Notes under the pieces: generated by a model
Told to the model about the DNA's origin: nothing
The model's input: only the letters and a program-made list of their open reading frames with translations
Databases searched by the model: none
Part shown: piece by piece, positions 17,503 to 27,005 of the stretch
How positions within the stretch are numbered: the first letter of the stretch is position 1
Layout: each line of letters begins with the position of its first letter
Assembly: GCA_947085035.1 (NCBI GenBank)
Contig: CAMTUW010000010.1
Location: forward strand, 2,356 to 66,355
Direction of reading: 5' to 3'
DNA length: 64,000 nt
Origin: an uncultured Actinomycetes bacterium
Lineage (GTDB): Bacteria > Actinomycetota > Coriobacteriia > Anaerosomatales > PHET01
Position numbers and translations under genes: made by a program

Positions 17503-19581
17503 CTAGGAGGGAAGGACCGGCCCGGCCTCATCCCGGGCAACGAACAGACCGGTGCCGCCGGCCACAGCCATGCGTTCGAGCGCGTCGAGGAAGGCCGCGA
17601 CCACCCGCGGGTCGAACTGGGTGCCCACGGCTGTCTCCAGCTCTGCGCGGGCCTCCGGTGAAGTGAGCTTCTTCGCATAGGTGCGCTCACTTGTCATGGC
17701 GTCGTAGGCATCGGCCACACACAGGATGCGGGCGAGCAGCGGGATCTTCTCGCCTTTGAGACCATGCGGGTAACCCTTGCCGTCCCAGCGTTCATGGTGG
17801 TGGAGGATGATCGGTGTCAGCGACTTCAGGAATTCGATCTGATCAACGATCGAGGCTCCCAGCTCGACATGCTTTCGCACCAACGCCAACTCCTCGTCGC
17901 TGAGTTGACTCGGCTTGAGCAGGATCTCGCCAGGGATACCCGCCTTGCCCACGTCGTGAAGAATACCAGCGAACTTGAGTTGATCGACCGCCTCGTGGCC
18001 CAACCCGAGCTCCTCGCCGATCCTCACTGCGTAATCCATCACGCGGCCCGCGTGTCCGCTCGTCGCCCGCTCGCCCAAGTCGAGCGTGGCCGACAACGCC
18101 GCGATGGTCTTGGCGTAGTCGTTTCGAATGCGTGTGAACAGCGCAGCCCGACCGAAAGCCGCACCGCCGTGGGCGGCGATCCCCTCCAGGAGCGCATGGT
18201 CCTGAGCACCGAACGGGCACGCCTCCTCACGCGCGACGAACACCTGTCCGACATCGAGGTCGCCGTGGCGCAGATCCGCGATAGCAAGGGCCCAATCGTC
18301 GGAGTCCTCGCCTTCGACGAGACTTCCGCTGTGCGAGACGAACCGCACGTCTCGAATCGGATCCGCCTTCACGTCACGTCCCGAGACCTGCGAGAGGAAC
18401 TCGTCGACGGTCGCTCGCGAAACCTGGCCGCACAGCGCGACGTCGGCACGATCGCTGCCCCACCCGGTGAAGACGAGCCCGGCGACTCGATACGAGAACG
18501 CCTTCCCAAGCACACTGGACAGTAGATTCGCAACGCCGTCGATATCGGTCTGCGCACCCAGCGCGGTGGCGAGCTCATTGAGCTGCGCATAACCCATCAT
18601 CGCACGCTCCACCGCTTGGCGCTCGTCCTCACGATCGACGGCGATGGCGATGAACTGGCCGAATCGACCCAAGCGCGCCACGCGGTCCTGGGCCAGCGGT
18701 AGGACTGACTGGGACAGGCGTACTTCCAGCACGCCGAGTACGCGCTCGCCTTGGGTCAGGGGCATCGCCAACGTGGCGTAGCCCTCCTTCCCGGGTGCGA
18801 TGACGGTCCGTCTCGTTTCAGCGGCGCGACCAGCGGCCGTGGAGCGACTCGGAACGCGGGCGCCAAGCTGTCCTCGCCAGCCGTCTGTTCGTGCGACAAC
18901 CTCAAGCGATGCGCCGATTGGACGGAGAATCGCTCCGGCTTGGCCGCCCACAAGGTTGACTGCCTCCTCGGTGATTCCGCCCAGAGCCCCTGCGTCAAGA
19001 CGCTGGGTCGCTGCGACGTGTCTTCCCGCCGAGGCGAACAGTTTCAGCTCGTCTATTCGTTCACTCGCAGTGATGCGCTCCACGAACGCGTCGAGAACCG
19101 TGATCGCGCTCGAAGTGGCCATCGTCAGGTATGACTCAACCTGTCGTCTCGGGATGACCGGGAGCGCCTTGACCGTCCTGCGCGCCATCTCTTCGCTCAC
19201 GCCCCTCGCCAGCAGGTGTTCGTAGAGTCCCCGACGTTCGCGCGTCGACGTGACGAAGCCAGTCAGCACCACGTGAGCGAGTACCCGACCTCTATGCACC
19301 ACCGGCGAGTACAATGCCGCGAGTCCGGCTCGACAGATGATCCGACCGGTGTCCGCATCTGGCGCGGGACACGTGTCAAAGCAGGTCAACGGGCCCATGG
19401 TCCCAACATCGGTGGCAAGATGACAGTAGCCGCACCGATGACCGCCCGCCAACAACTCACACGCTCCGAAGTCCATGACAGAGACCGAGACCCCGGTCCC
19501 CTGGAACAGCGCGTCGGCGGCCGTACGCCACTCGGGAAGCGAGAAGGCACGAGCAGCGATTTCACGATCTGTTGCGGGCAC
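17503..19581 (-). CDS. PocR-like sensor + GAF domains + HD-GYP c-di-GMP phosphodiesterase
   Basis: 692 aa, GTG start. The N-terminus is Cys-rich and PocR-like (GHRCGYCHL..CFDTCP..RIICRAGL). Central GAF-like regions follow. The C-terminus has HDVGK and HHERWDGKGYPHGL (HD-GYP). Confidence 0.8.
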   Translation of the reverse strand: MPATDREIAARAFSLPEWRTAADALFQGTGVSVSVMDFGACELLAGGHRCGYCHLATDVGTMGPLTCFDTCPAPDADTGRIICRAGLAALYSPVVHRGRVLAHVVLTGFVTSTRERRGLYEHLLARGVSEEMARRTVKALPVIPRRQVESYLTMATSSAITVLDAFVERITASERIDELKLFASAGRHVAATQRLDAGALGGITEEAVNLVGGQAGAILRPIGASLEVVARTDGWRGQLGARVPSRSTAAGRAAETRRTVIAPGKEGYATLAMPLTQGERVLGVLEVRLSQSVLPLAQDRVARLGRFGQFIAIAVDREDERQAVERAMMGYAQLNELATALGAQTDIDGVANLLSSVLGKAFSYRVAGLVFTGWGSDRADVALCGQVSRATVDEFLSQVSGRDVKADPIRDVRFVSHSGSLVEGEDSDDWALAIADLRHGDLDVGQVFVAREEACPFGAQDHALLEGIAAHGGAAFGRAALFTRIRNDYAKTIAALSATLDLGERATSGHAGRVMDYAVRIGEELGLGHEAVDQLKFAGILHDVGKAGIPGEILLKPSQLSDEELALVRKHVELGASIVDQIEFLKSLTPIILHHHERWDGKGYPHGLKGEKIPLLARILCVADAYDAMTSERTYAKKLTSPEARAELETAVGTQFDPRVVAAFLDALERMAVAGGTGLFVARDEAGPVLPS

Positions 19582-19656
19582 GCGAAAACCTTCCGAACGG
19601 AAAGCGCACGATCTGAAGCAGATATCGGCTTCGCTGACACGGAACTTGAATCGACG

Positions 19657-21141
19657 TCAGACGCGACCACGGTTCAAAACGATCGCAAAGGTCGTGCCTA
19701 CTCCGGGCTGACTGTCGACCGCGATCGTGCCCCCCATGCTGTGAACGATACTTCTCGCGATCGCGAGTCCCAAGCCGAAGCCCGATTCGCCCTCCGCACG
19801 CGCCTGATCGCTTCGGAAGAAGCGATCGAACAGGCGGGGGATGTCTTCGGGGGGGATACCCCGTCCCGTGTCGCTCACGGTGATGGTGATCTCGTCACGC
19901 CGCCTCATGGTGTCAAGCGTGACACTTCCACCCGCTGGCGTGTACTTCCCAGCGTTGTCCAGGAGAATCGATAAGACGTCTTCGAGTCGATCCGAATCGC
20001 CGATCATGATGAGCGACTCATCTCTCGGTCCGACGAATTCGATGTCTCGGTCGAGGTACCTGCTCGCGGTCGCGGCGAGGCGCTCCCTCGCGAGGGCGTT
20101 GAGGTCGAGCCGTTCTGACTTGAGCCGGAGCCCCTGATCCGCGTGCAGCAGATTGAGCAGGTCACTCGTCAGTCGCGCCATGCGGGCGGATTCTCGATCG
20201 ATCGCGTCGACGGCCTCCTCGCGCACCGCCGCATCCGCACCACCCCATGCCCTCAGGATGCTCGTGTACCCGCGGATGCCCGCGACAGGAGTTGCGAGTT
20301 CGTGAGACGCGTCGGCCACGAAGCGACCCTGTGCCTCCGAGCGCCTCTGCAGCCGGTCGATGAGCCGGTTCAGCGACCGCGCCAACTGGGCGATCTCGTT
20401 GCTGCCCTCCTCCGGCAAACGATCATCCAAACGGCCCGCATCGATCGAGTCGGCGGCCCTGCGCAGATTCGCGATCAGATTCAGCACCCATGCCATCGAG
20501 GTCTGCATCAACACGACCATGACGAACATCGCGAGAATCGCAAGCGCGCTCATGGGCGTTCGAATCGTGTCGATCATGCGCTCTTCGGTGACCGGGTGGT
20601 AGATGACATCCAAGACACCGAGCCGCCCTCCAGGCAAGCGAACCGGCACGTGGGCGGCGTTCAGTCCCAGATCAGCTTGGGTGATCAGCCCCGTGACGAG
20701 CGGGCCTTTGCGCACGACGCTGTAGGTCGTCTTGCCCTGCGTGATAGCAGCGACATGATCGCCCGAAGTCGCGCCGGACGTGGCGGCACCCTCCGATGAC
20801 CAGATGTCCGTACCGTCAGATGCGCGCAAGACGAACTCCGCACCGGCGAGACCCGCCCCCTGCAGAAGCGCCGGAATTCGCTCGAGCAAGACCGCCTCGG
20901 CCACACGCGCCGCCTCTGCGCCGTGAAGCCCCTCCCTCTCAAGCGTCTGTTCGGACTCCGTTACGGCTTCGCCGAGCAGAACGGCTGCAGACGACGCGAC
21001 ACGAGCGCCCGTCTCACTGACGACGACCCGCATCCCCTCGGACACAACAACGTACGTCGTGAGCGCGAACCCTCCGACTACGAGTACGGCGAAGAGAACC
21101 GAGGCGAGGAAGAGCCACACCCTGAGTGAGCGGTCGCGCAT
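19657..21141 (-). CDS. sensor histidine kinase (2 TM, HAMP, HisKA, HATPase_c)
   Basis: 494 aa. H-box FVADASHELATP. N/G boxes LLDNAGKYTP, DTGRGIP and GFGLGLAIA. The ATG at 21141 abuts the regulator stop. Confidence 0.88.
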   Translation of the reverse strand: MRDRSLRVWLFLASVLFAVLVVGGFALTTYVVVSEGMRVVVSETGARVASSAAVLLGEAVTESEQTLEREGLHGAEAARVAEAVLLERIPALLQGAGLAGAEFVLRASDGTDIWSSEGAATSGATSGDHVAAITQGKTTYSVVRKGPLVTGLITQADLGLNAAHVPVRLPGGRLGVLDVIYHPVTEERMIDTIRTPMSALAILAMFVMVVLMQTSMAWVLNLIANLRRAADSIDAGRLDDRLPEEGSNEIAQLARSLNRLIDRLQRRSEAQGRFVADASHELATPVAGIRGYTSILRAWGGADAAVREEAVDAIDRESARMARLTSDLLNLLHADQGLRLKSERLDLNALARERLAATASRYLDRDIEFVGPRDESLIMIGDSDRLEDVLSILLDNAGKYTPAGGSVTLDTMRRRDEITITVSDTGRGIPPEDIPRLFDRFFRSDQARAEGESGFGLGLAIARSIVHSMGGTIAVDSQPGVGTTFAIVLNRGRV

Positions 21142-21828
21142 CTATCCCCTCGCGAAGAAATAGCCCACGCCCCTGATGGTACGGATGATCTGGTTGTCCT
21201 TGTCACCGATCTTGTTGCGCAGGTGACATACGAACACCTCGATGACGTTGCTGTCCGATGTGTGCTGGCCAGCCCAGACCTTGTCCAAGATCTCGTCGCG
21301 ACTGATCACCCGGCCGGCGTTGATGACGAAGAACTCGAGCAGATCGTACTCCTTGGCGGTGAACTTCTCGACCTCACCGGCTACCGTGATGGTGCGGGAC
21401 TGCGGATCGATTTCGATGTTGCCCGCCCTGTACTGCGAGGATTCCTTGTCAGGCTCAGCCCGCTTCAGCAGCGCGCGAACTCGAGACAAGAGCTCCGGCA
21501 CCTCGAACGGCTTGCGCAGATAGTCGTCAGCGCCAGCATCAAACCCCCTGACCACGTCTTGGGTCTCAGAGCGCGCGGTCAACATGAGGATCGGCATGAC
21601 GGCACCCTTCTCGCGCAGCGCGGTCGCGATCTCAAGACCGTCCATCCCCGGTAGCATCAGGTCCAGGATCATGAGGTCCGGGACGAACTGCTCGACCGCT
21701 GACAGGGCGTTGGAGCCGTCGGTGATCCTGAGGACATCGAAGCCGACGTGCCCCAGCTCGAGCTCGACGAAACGTCCGATGCTGGCGTCGTCTTCAACGA
21801 TCAGGATCCGTGTCTGCCTGCCTTCCAT
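21142..21828 (-). CDS. OmpR/PhoB-family response regulator
   Basis: 228 aa. REC domain (ILIVEDD..DLMILDLMLPGMDG) plus winged-helix trans_reg_C (IRTIRGVGYFF). Confidence 0.9.
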   Translation of the reverse strand: MEGRQTRILIVEDDASIGRFVELELGHVGFDVLRITDGSNALSAVEQFVPDLMILDLMLPGMDGLEIATALREKGAVMPILMLTARSETQDVVRGFDAGADDYLRKPFEVPELLSRVRALLKRAEPDKESSQYRAGNIEIDPQSRTITVAGEVEKFTAKEYDLLEFFVINAGRVISRDEILDKVWAGQHTSDSNVIEVFVCHLRNKIGDKDNQIIRTIRGVGYFFARG

Positions 21829-21840
21829 CTGATCACTCCT

Positions 21841-22896
21841 TCACTGATACGGCGAACAACGCGACGATGAAGCTCGACTCACCAACAGCTCCGCGATCTG
21901 GACCGCGTTGAGCGCGGCACCCTTGCGAATCTGATCGGCAACCACCCACATCGACAACCCGTGCGGGACGGTCGAATCCACCCTCAGGCGACCGACATAG
22001 ATGTCATCGGTCCCCTCGAGCATCGCGGGCATCGGATACGTGTTCGAGGCGGGCTCGTCGAGCAACGTGATCCCTCTGGCCCGCATGAGCGCGGCTCGGG
22101 CGTCGTCGAGGGTGATCGGTACAGAGAACTCGACGTTGATCGCCTCTGAATGACACCTGAGCACGGGTACTCGCACGCATGTCGCTGACACCTCGATGTC
22201 GGGTGCGTCCATGATCTTCTTCGTCTCGACAGCCATCTTCCATTCTTCTTTGGTCGAGCCGTCTTCGAGGAAGACATCGATGTGCGGGATGCAGTTGAAC
22301 GCTATCCGATGCACGAACTGCTCGACATGGATCTCTTGCCCGCGAAGAAGATCGCCTGTCTGGCTGTACAGCTCGTGCATGGCCGCCTGTCCTGCCCCGG
22401 ACGCCGCTTGGTACGTCGAGACAACGATGCGGCGTATCGGCGCGATGCGGTGCAGCGGGTTCAGGGCGACGACCATCTGGATGGTCGAGCAGTTCGGATT
22501 CGCGATGACGCCACGGTGCGTCTTCGCGACATTCGGGTTGACCTCCGGGACCACCAGCGGGACGTCTGCGTCCATGCGAAACGCCGATGAGTTGTCGATC
22601 ATCACCGCACCGGCACTCGTCACCGCGTCTCGATACTGCTTGCTCACGCTGGCCCCGGCACTGAACAAGGCGATGTCGACACCCTCAAAGCTGCCAGCGG
22701 TCAGCTCTTCGACGACGAGTTCGTCGTCACCGAAGGGAACGCTCTTACCCGCCGACCTTGCCGACGCGAGCGCGATCACCTGTTCGGCGGGAAACGCTCT
22801 TTGCGCGAGAACTCTCAGCATCTCGACGCCCACCGCCCCGGTGGCGCCCACCACCGCCACGACCGGCTGTTCGGGCATCGCCTTGCTCCAAGCCAT
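21841..22896 (-). CDS. asd: aspartate-semialdehyde dehydrogenase
   Basis: ORF 21841..22917 trimmed to the ATG at 22896 (GAGGAGG 6 nt upstream, 2 nt after the lysC stop). Motifs: VAVVGATGAVG and the active site NPNCSTI. Confidence 0.9.
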   Translation of the reverse strand: MAWSKAMPEQPVVAVVGATGAVGVEMLRVLAQRAFPAEQVIALASARSAGKSVPFGDDELVVEELTAGSFEGVDIALFSAGASVSKQYRDAVTSAGAVMIDNSSAFRMDADVPLVVPEVNPNVAKTHRGVIANPNCSTIQMVVALNPLHRIAPIRRIVVSTYQAASGAGQAAMHELYSQTGDLLRGQEIHVEQFVHRIAFNCIPHIDVFLEDGSTKEEWKMAVETKKIMDAPDIEVSATCVRVPVLRCHSEAINVEFSVPITLDDARAALMRARGITLLDEPASNTYPMPAMLEGTDDIYVGRLRVDSTVPHGLSMWVVADQIRKGAALNAVQIAELLVSRASSSRCSPYQ

Positions 22897-22898
22897 CC

Positions 22899-24158
22899 CT
22901 AACCCTCCTCGCCGCACGCAGGAGACGCCACGGACACCACGTCGCTTCTGTCCAGACCGAACTCCGTATGAAGGGCACGTACGGCATCGGCGACCTGATC
23001 GGCCGCGATCACGCAGCTGATCCGGATCGGTGAGGTGGATATGAGGTCGATGTTGACGCCCGCATCAGCGAGCGACTTGAACATCGAGGCCGCAACCCCG
23101 GGATGAGTGCGCATTCCCGCGCCGACCAGAGACACTTTCGCGACCGACTCCTCGACCGACCATTCACGTGCGCCCAGACCGTGCACGATCTCATCGAGCA
23201 CCTTCTTCGCGCGGGCGAGGTCGGCTTTGGGCGTGGTGAATGAGATGTCAGTCGCGCCATCCTCGGACACGTTCTGGATGATCATGTCGACGTTGACATG
23301 GCTCTCGGCAAGACTCCCGAAGACCGTCGCAGCCACACCTGGATTGTCAGGGACGTCTCTGATCGTGACCTTCGCCTCTGAGATGTCGTGCGTGACACCG
23401 GAGATGATCGCCTGCTCCATACTCTCGTCAGCCTCCTTGACGATGGTTCCCGGCTCGTCGTGAAAAGACGACCGGCAATGAATGACCACACCGTGATTTC
23501 GCGCGAACTCGACCGCTCGCATCTGCAGAACGTCAGCCCCACTCGCCGCCATCTCGAGCATCTCCTCGTACGAGATGACGTCGATCTTGCGTGCGCCAGG
23601 CGCGACGCGGGGATCTGCGGTGAAGACGCCATCGACGTCTGTGTATATCTCGCACACGTCCGCTCCCACACCGGCGGCGATGGCAACGGCGGTCGTGTCC
23701 GATCCGCCTCGACCGAGCGTCGTGATCTGTCCGTCGGCGGTCATGCCTTGGAACCCGGCGACGATGACGATACGCCCCTCATCAAGCGCGGCACGAACCC
23801 GCTCGGCGCGCACGGCGGTGATCTTCGCTTTGCTGTGCACCGCATCCGTCACGATGCCGACCTGCTGACCCGTGAAGGAGACCGCGTCTTCGCCACGTGC
23901 CTGGATCGCCATCGCGAGAAGCGCGATCGAAACCTGTTCGCCTGTGGAGAGCAGCATGTCCATCTCGCGCTCCGGCGGATGCGGGGAGACCTGTGTGGCG
24001 AGTTCGACGAGCTCGTCGGTGACGTGACCCATCGCCGAGACGACCGCGACGACCCGGTCGCCCGAGCGCTTGCGCGCGATCAGACGCTCGGCGACAGCAC
24101 AGATCCTCTCGGGTGTCCCGACAGATGTTCCTCCGAACTTGGTGACGACCAGAGCCAT
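22899..24158 (-). CDS. lysC: aspartate kinase (with a likely internal beta-subunit start at 23420)
   Basis: ORF trimmed to the ATG at 24158 (MALVVTKFGGTSVG), with GGAGGG upstream. Two C-terminal ACT domains. An in-frame ATG at 23420 is preceded by AAGGAGG. Confidence 0.92.
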   Translation of the reverse strand: MALVVTKFGGTSVGTPERICAVAERLIARKRSGDRVVAVVSAMGHVTDELVELATQVSPHPPEREMDMLLSTGEQVSIALLAMAIQARGEDAVSFTGQQVGIVTDAVHSKAKITAVRAERVRAALDEGRIVIVAGFQGMTADGQITTLGRGGSDTTAVAIAAGVGADVCEIYTDVDGVFTADPRVAPGARKIDVISYEEMLEMAASGADVLQMRAVEFARNHGVVIHCRSSFHDEPGTIVKEADESMEQAIISGVTHDISEAKVTIRDVPDNPGVAATVFGSLAESHVNVDMIIQNVSEDGATDISFTTPKADLARAKKVLDEIVHGLGAREWSVEESVAKVSLVGAGMRTHPGVAASMFKSLADAGVNIDLISTSPIRISCVIAADQVADAVRALHTEFGLDRSDVVSVASPACGEEG

Positions 24159-24280
24159 GAACACCCTCCGCTGCACGGCGACGGCGCAAACCTTGCCGCA
24201 CGCTTCGCACGTTAAGGTTTCTGCCAGTGTAGTGACTCCGGCGCACCAGCGCCACAGGTACGAAGCACACCGGGGATGCG

Positions 24281-26845
24281 TTATCCGGGCTCGCAGTAGT
24301 CGAGCATGAGTGCGAGATGTTTCATCCTGCCGGAGAACGTCTGGAGAGCGTCCGCGTAGAAATGACTCACGAGCGTAGTTCCGGACACGCGGCTCATGAT
24401 CACGTCGATGCGCCTCAATGCGGTCCGCATGCGCACGATCTCGGTCTCAGGATTCGTCTCACCGTCGCGGATGTGGCTGACTCTGCCTCTTACCACCCTG
24501 AACGGCATCTCATCGGACACGAAGTACTCGTCTATCTCGCGTTCGACGTTCGAAGACAGACGCGGGCCTCCCAGTTTCCTGAAGCTGATGAGTACGCCAT
24601 CGATCAGAGCGACGAATATCGCTCTGGCCTCCTCCGGCGCGATGTCGTCGACGCCCGAGACAGACACCGTCTCGCCTGACTCTTCAAGCTCGAGGAGCAG
24701 TTCCGCGAAGATCTCGACTACGGCGAAATCGAACTGCTTGCCGGCACAAGCGCGCAACTCCTCGATCGCTTCGCGCTGATCCCGGCCAACGCGATAGGGC
24801 CGGTCGGAGGTCATCGCCTCGTAGCTGTCCGCAACCGTGAGAATGCGTGCGAGCAGCGGGATCTCCTCGCCTCTGAGTCCTGCGGGATAGCCGGATCCAT
24901 CGTAGGACTCGTGATGGTGCCGGACCACCGGAGTGATGGCCCACGGGAAGGCGACGGGTTTGAGGATGTTGGCCCCGATGAGCGGGTGGTGACGCATCTC
25001 CGCCATCTCGTCGTCATCGAGGCGGCCGGGCTTGAGGAGGATCTCTTCGGGTACACCGATCTTGCCGATGTCGTGAAGATACGCGGCCATCTCGAGCGCG
25101 ATGCGCTGGTCGTGCGAAAGGCCCATGCGTTCGCCGATCATCATCGCGTACGTCGCCACCCGATCAGAGTGCCCCCGGGTGAACGTGTCCTTGGCGTCAA
25201 CCGCCGCCGCGAGCGAGCGGACGGTCGCGAGATACGCCTCCTGCAAGCTGCTGAACAGTTCGATGTTGCCGATCGCGATCGTGACGTGGTTCGCGATCGT
25301 CGAAAGCAGCCTGACGTCATCGCTTGAGAAGCGGTAGTCGGAACGACTCGAGCCGATGGTGATCGAACCGATGGTGCCCTCAGCCGAGACCAGCGGCACG
25401 CACAGTGCGGCCTTCGCCCCGGTGACGGTGTCGATCCGGTCGTGGCGGGAAGCGGTGTCCGGGTTGAAGATCAGCGGGCGCCCCTCTCGGACGACCCATT
25501 CGGACATGGACGAACGCACGGCGCCGTCGGTCGATGACTCCTGGGCACCACGGATCGCACGAAGTGCGAGCGCACCGCTCTCCCTGTCGCGAAGCGCGAC
25601 GTACCCGAGATCGAGATCGAAGATGCGCAGAGCGGATTCGAGCACGGTCCCGAGAAGCTCTTCCATGTCGAGGGAGGAACCGAGCGAGCGGCTCATCTCA
25701 TACAACGTCGCGAGTTCGAGCACCTTCTTCGTCAGAGACTCTGAGTGTTCGCGCAGCGAGTCGGTCATCACGTTGAACGTCCCGGCCAGCTCGGCGATCT
25801 CGTTGGAGCCGCGAACCTCGACCTTGGTCGAGAAGTCCCCGTCCGCGATGCGCCCGGCACCGGCCGCGAGGTCGGTCAGTGGGTCAGACACGGTTCGAGC
25901 GATCCACCCCCCCATGCCCACGAGGGCAAGGACTGCGATGAGCGACCACATGGCGATGAGATTGCGAGTCGTCGTCACCGTCTCCTGAGAGATCCCCTTG
26001 CTCGCTATTCCAACCAGGTAGCCTTGGGGAGCACCGGACTGGTCGAACGGAAGAACGACCGGCTCGACCCACAGCTGATAGGTGTCGTCACCGACCCGCA
26101 TCGAACCGCCCGTGAAGTCCCCGACGGCCGCTCTCTGCAGCGCATCCTCAATCTCGAGGGCTGTTCGTTTCATGGCGCTTTGAAGCGCACTCTCTCGTTG
26201 TGGGTCAAAGCCCTCCCCGACGACGCAGGCGAGGTTCGCGAAGTCAGCGCCGAAGAAGCAGACGGCGCGCTCAGCGCCAACGCCGAGACGACGGAGCAGG
26301 TGGTCGTCGATCGCATGAGACACGGCCAGGACCCGCCCCTGTCCGCCCAACGGGATCGGTTGCAACACGGTCATTGACGCGCGCCCGGTCAGGGTGGTCA
26401 TGAGACTGCTCGGGGTCTGGCCGACAAGTGAGGCGATCCGCGGGAGAACGACTGTCCCGACCTCAACGCCGCCGGTGCCGACCGAAGCCAATGCCCGCCC
26501 CTGGGCGTCGAGAACGACCATGTTGTCGAAAGCGAGTGCGCGTTCCTGGACGAGGATTCGATGACGCAGCGCCTGGAGGTCACCGACCCGTAGTGCTTCC
26601 AAGAGACGATCATCGTTCACGCACAGCTGCGCCTCGCGTTGCATCTGACCGACATGTTCACCGTAGCGCGCAGCGATGTTCTCGGTGGAGCTCTGAGCGA
26701 CCTGGGAGACCCATTTCGCGGTCAGGTCCTCGAGGAAGTATGAGGCGACGACCGTCGCGACGATCCCCACGATCACCGACGCGACAAGCAACGGGAAGAC
26801 GATCTGGTTGTACAGATGCGCTTTGACCCTGGACTTGCGTTTCAT
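24281..26845 (-). CDS. membrane sensor: extracytoplasmic domain + HAMP + GAF + HD-GYP phosphodiesterase, with an extra C-terminal domain
   Basis: ORF 24281..27166 trimmed to the ATG at 26845 (MKRKSRVKAHLYNQIVFPLLVASVIVGIV..). The longer form would overlap recR. HD-GYP motifs: HDIGK and HHHESYDGSGYPAGL. About 150 aa after the HD-GYP domain are unassigned. Confidence 0.8.
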   Translation of the reverse strand: MKRKSRVKAHLYNQIVFPLLVASVIVGIVATVVASYFLEDLTAKWVSQVAQSSTENIAARYGEHVGQMQREAQLCVNDDRLLEALRVGDLQALRHRILVQERALAFDNMVVLDAQGRALASVGTGGVEVGTVVLPRIASLVGQTPSSLMTTLTGRASMTVLQPIPLGGQGRVLAVSHAIDDHLLRRLGVGAERAVCFFGADFANLACVVGEGFDPQRESALQSAMKRTALEIEDALQRAAVGDFTGGSMRVGDDTYQLWVEPVVLPFDQSGAPQGYLVGIASKGISQETVTTTRNLIAMWSLIAVLALVGMGGWIARTVSDPLTDLAAGAGRIADGDFSTKVEVRGSNEIAELAGTFNVMTDSLREHSESLTKKVLELATLYEMSRSLGSSLDMEELLGTVLESALRIFDLDLGYVALRDRESGALALRAIRGAQESSTDGAVRSSMSEWVVREGRPLIFNPDTASRHDRIDTVTGAKAALCVPLVSAEGTIGSITIGSSRSDYRFSSDDVRLLSTIANHVTIAIGNIELFSSLQEAYLATVRSLAAAVDAKDTFTRGHSDRVATYAMMIGERMGLSHDQRIALEMAAYLHDIGKIGVPEEILLKPGRLDDDEMAEMRHHPLIGANILKPVAFPWAITPVVRHHHESYDGSGYPAGLRGEEIPLLARILTVADSYEAMTSDRPYRVGRDQREAIEELRACAGKQFDFAVVEIFAELLLELEESGETVSVSGVDDIAPEEARAIFVALIDGVLISFRKLGGPRLSSNVEREIDEYFVSDEMPFRVVRGRVSHIRDGETNPETEIVRMRTALRRIDVIMSRVSGTTLVSHFYADALQTFSGRMKHLALMLDYCEPG

Positions 26846-27005
26846 AGGCTTCCAGCGATCATGATTGCCGCTCACCTCTTGTCGTCCATGGTGACGACCG
26901 CGCCACACGAGAACCCGTGCAAGCACAGACCCTGCCGAACCGATGGCGCCGAGTCGCGCTCCGGCGATGATAACGCAATGATCGCCGGGTGAGGTATCGG
27001 ACCGC

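Noticed and set aside
19582-19656. Possible intrinsic terminator (CUUUCC-GUUC-GGAAGG + UUUUCGC) between the histidine kinase and the PocR-HD-GYP gene.
   Set aside because: The stem is only 6 bp. Its 3' arm (GGAAGG) is better explained as the Shine-Dalgarno sequence for the GTG start at 19581, and the U-run abuts the start codon directly.
24159-24280. Lysine riboswitch (L-box) upstream of lysC.
   Set aside because: Only about 120 nt separate the HD-GYP stop from the lysC start, which is too short for the ~180-nt five-helix L-box. I saw none of the conserved L-box junction sequences. Only small hairpins (GGCGC-TGGT-GCGCC; AAACCTT..AAGGTTT) are present.
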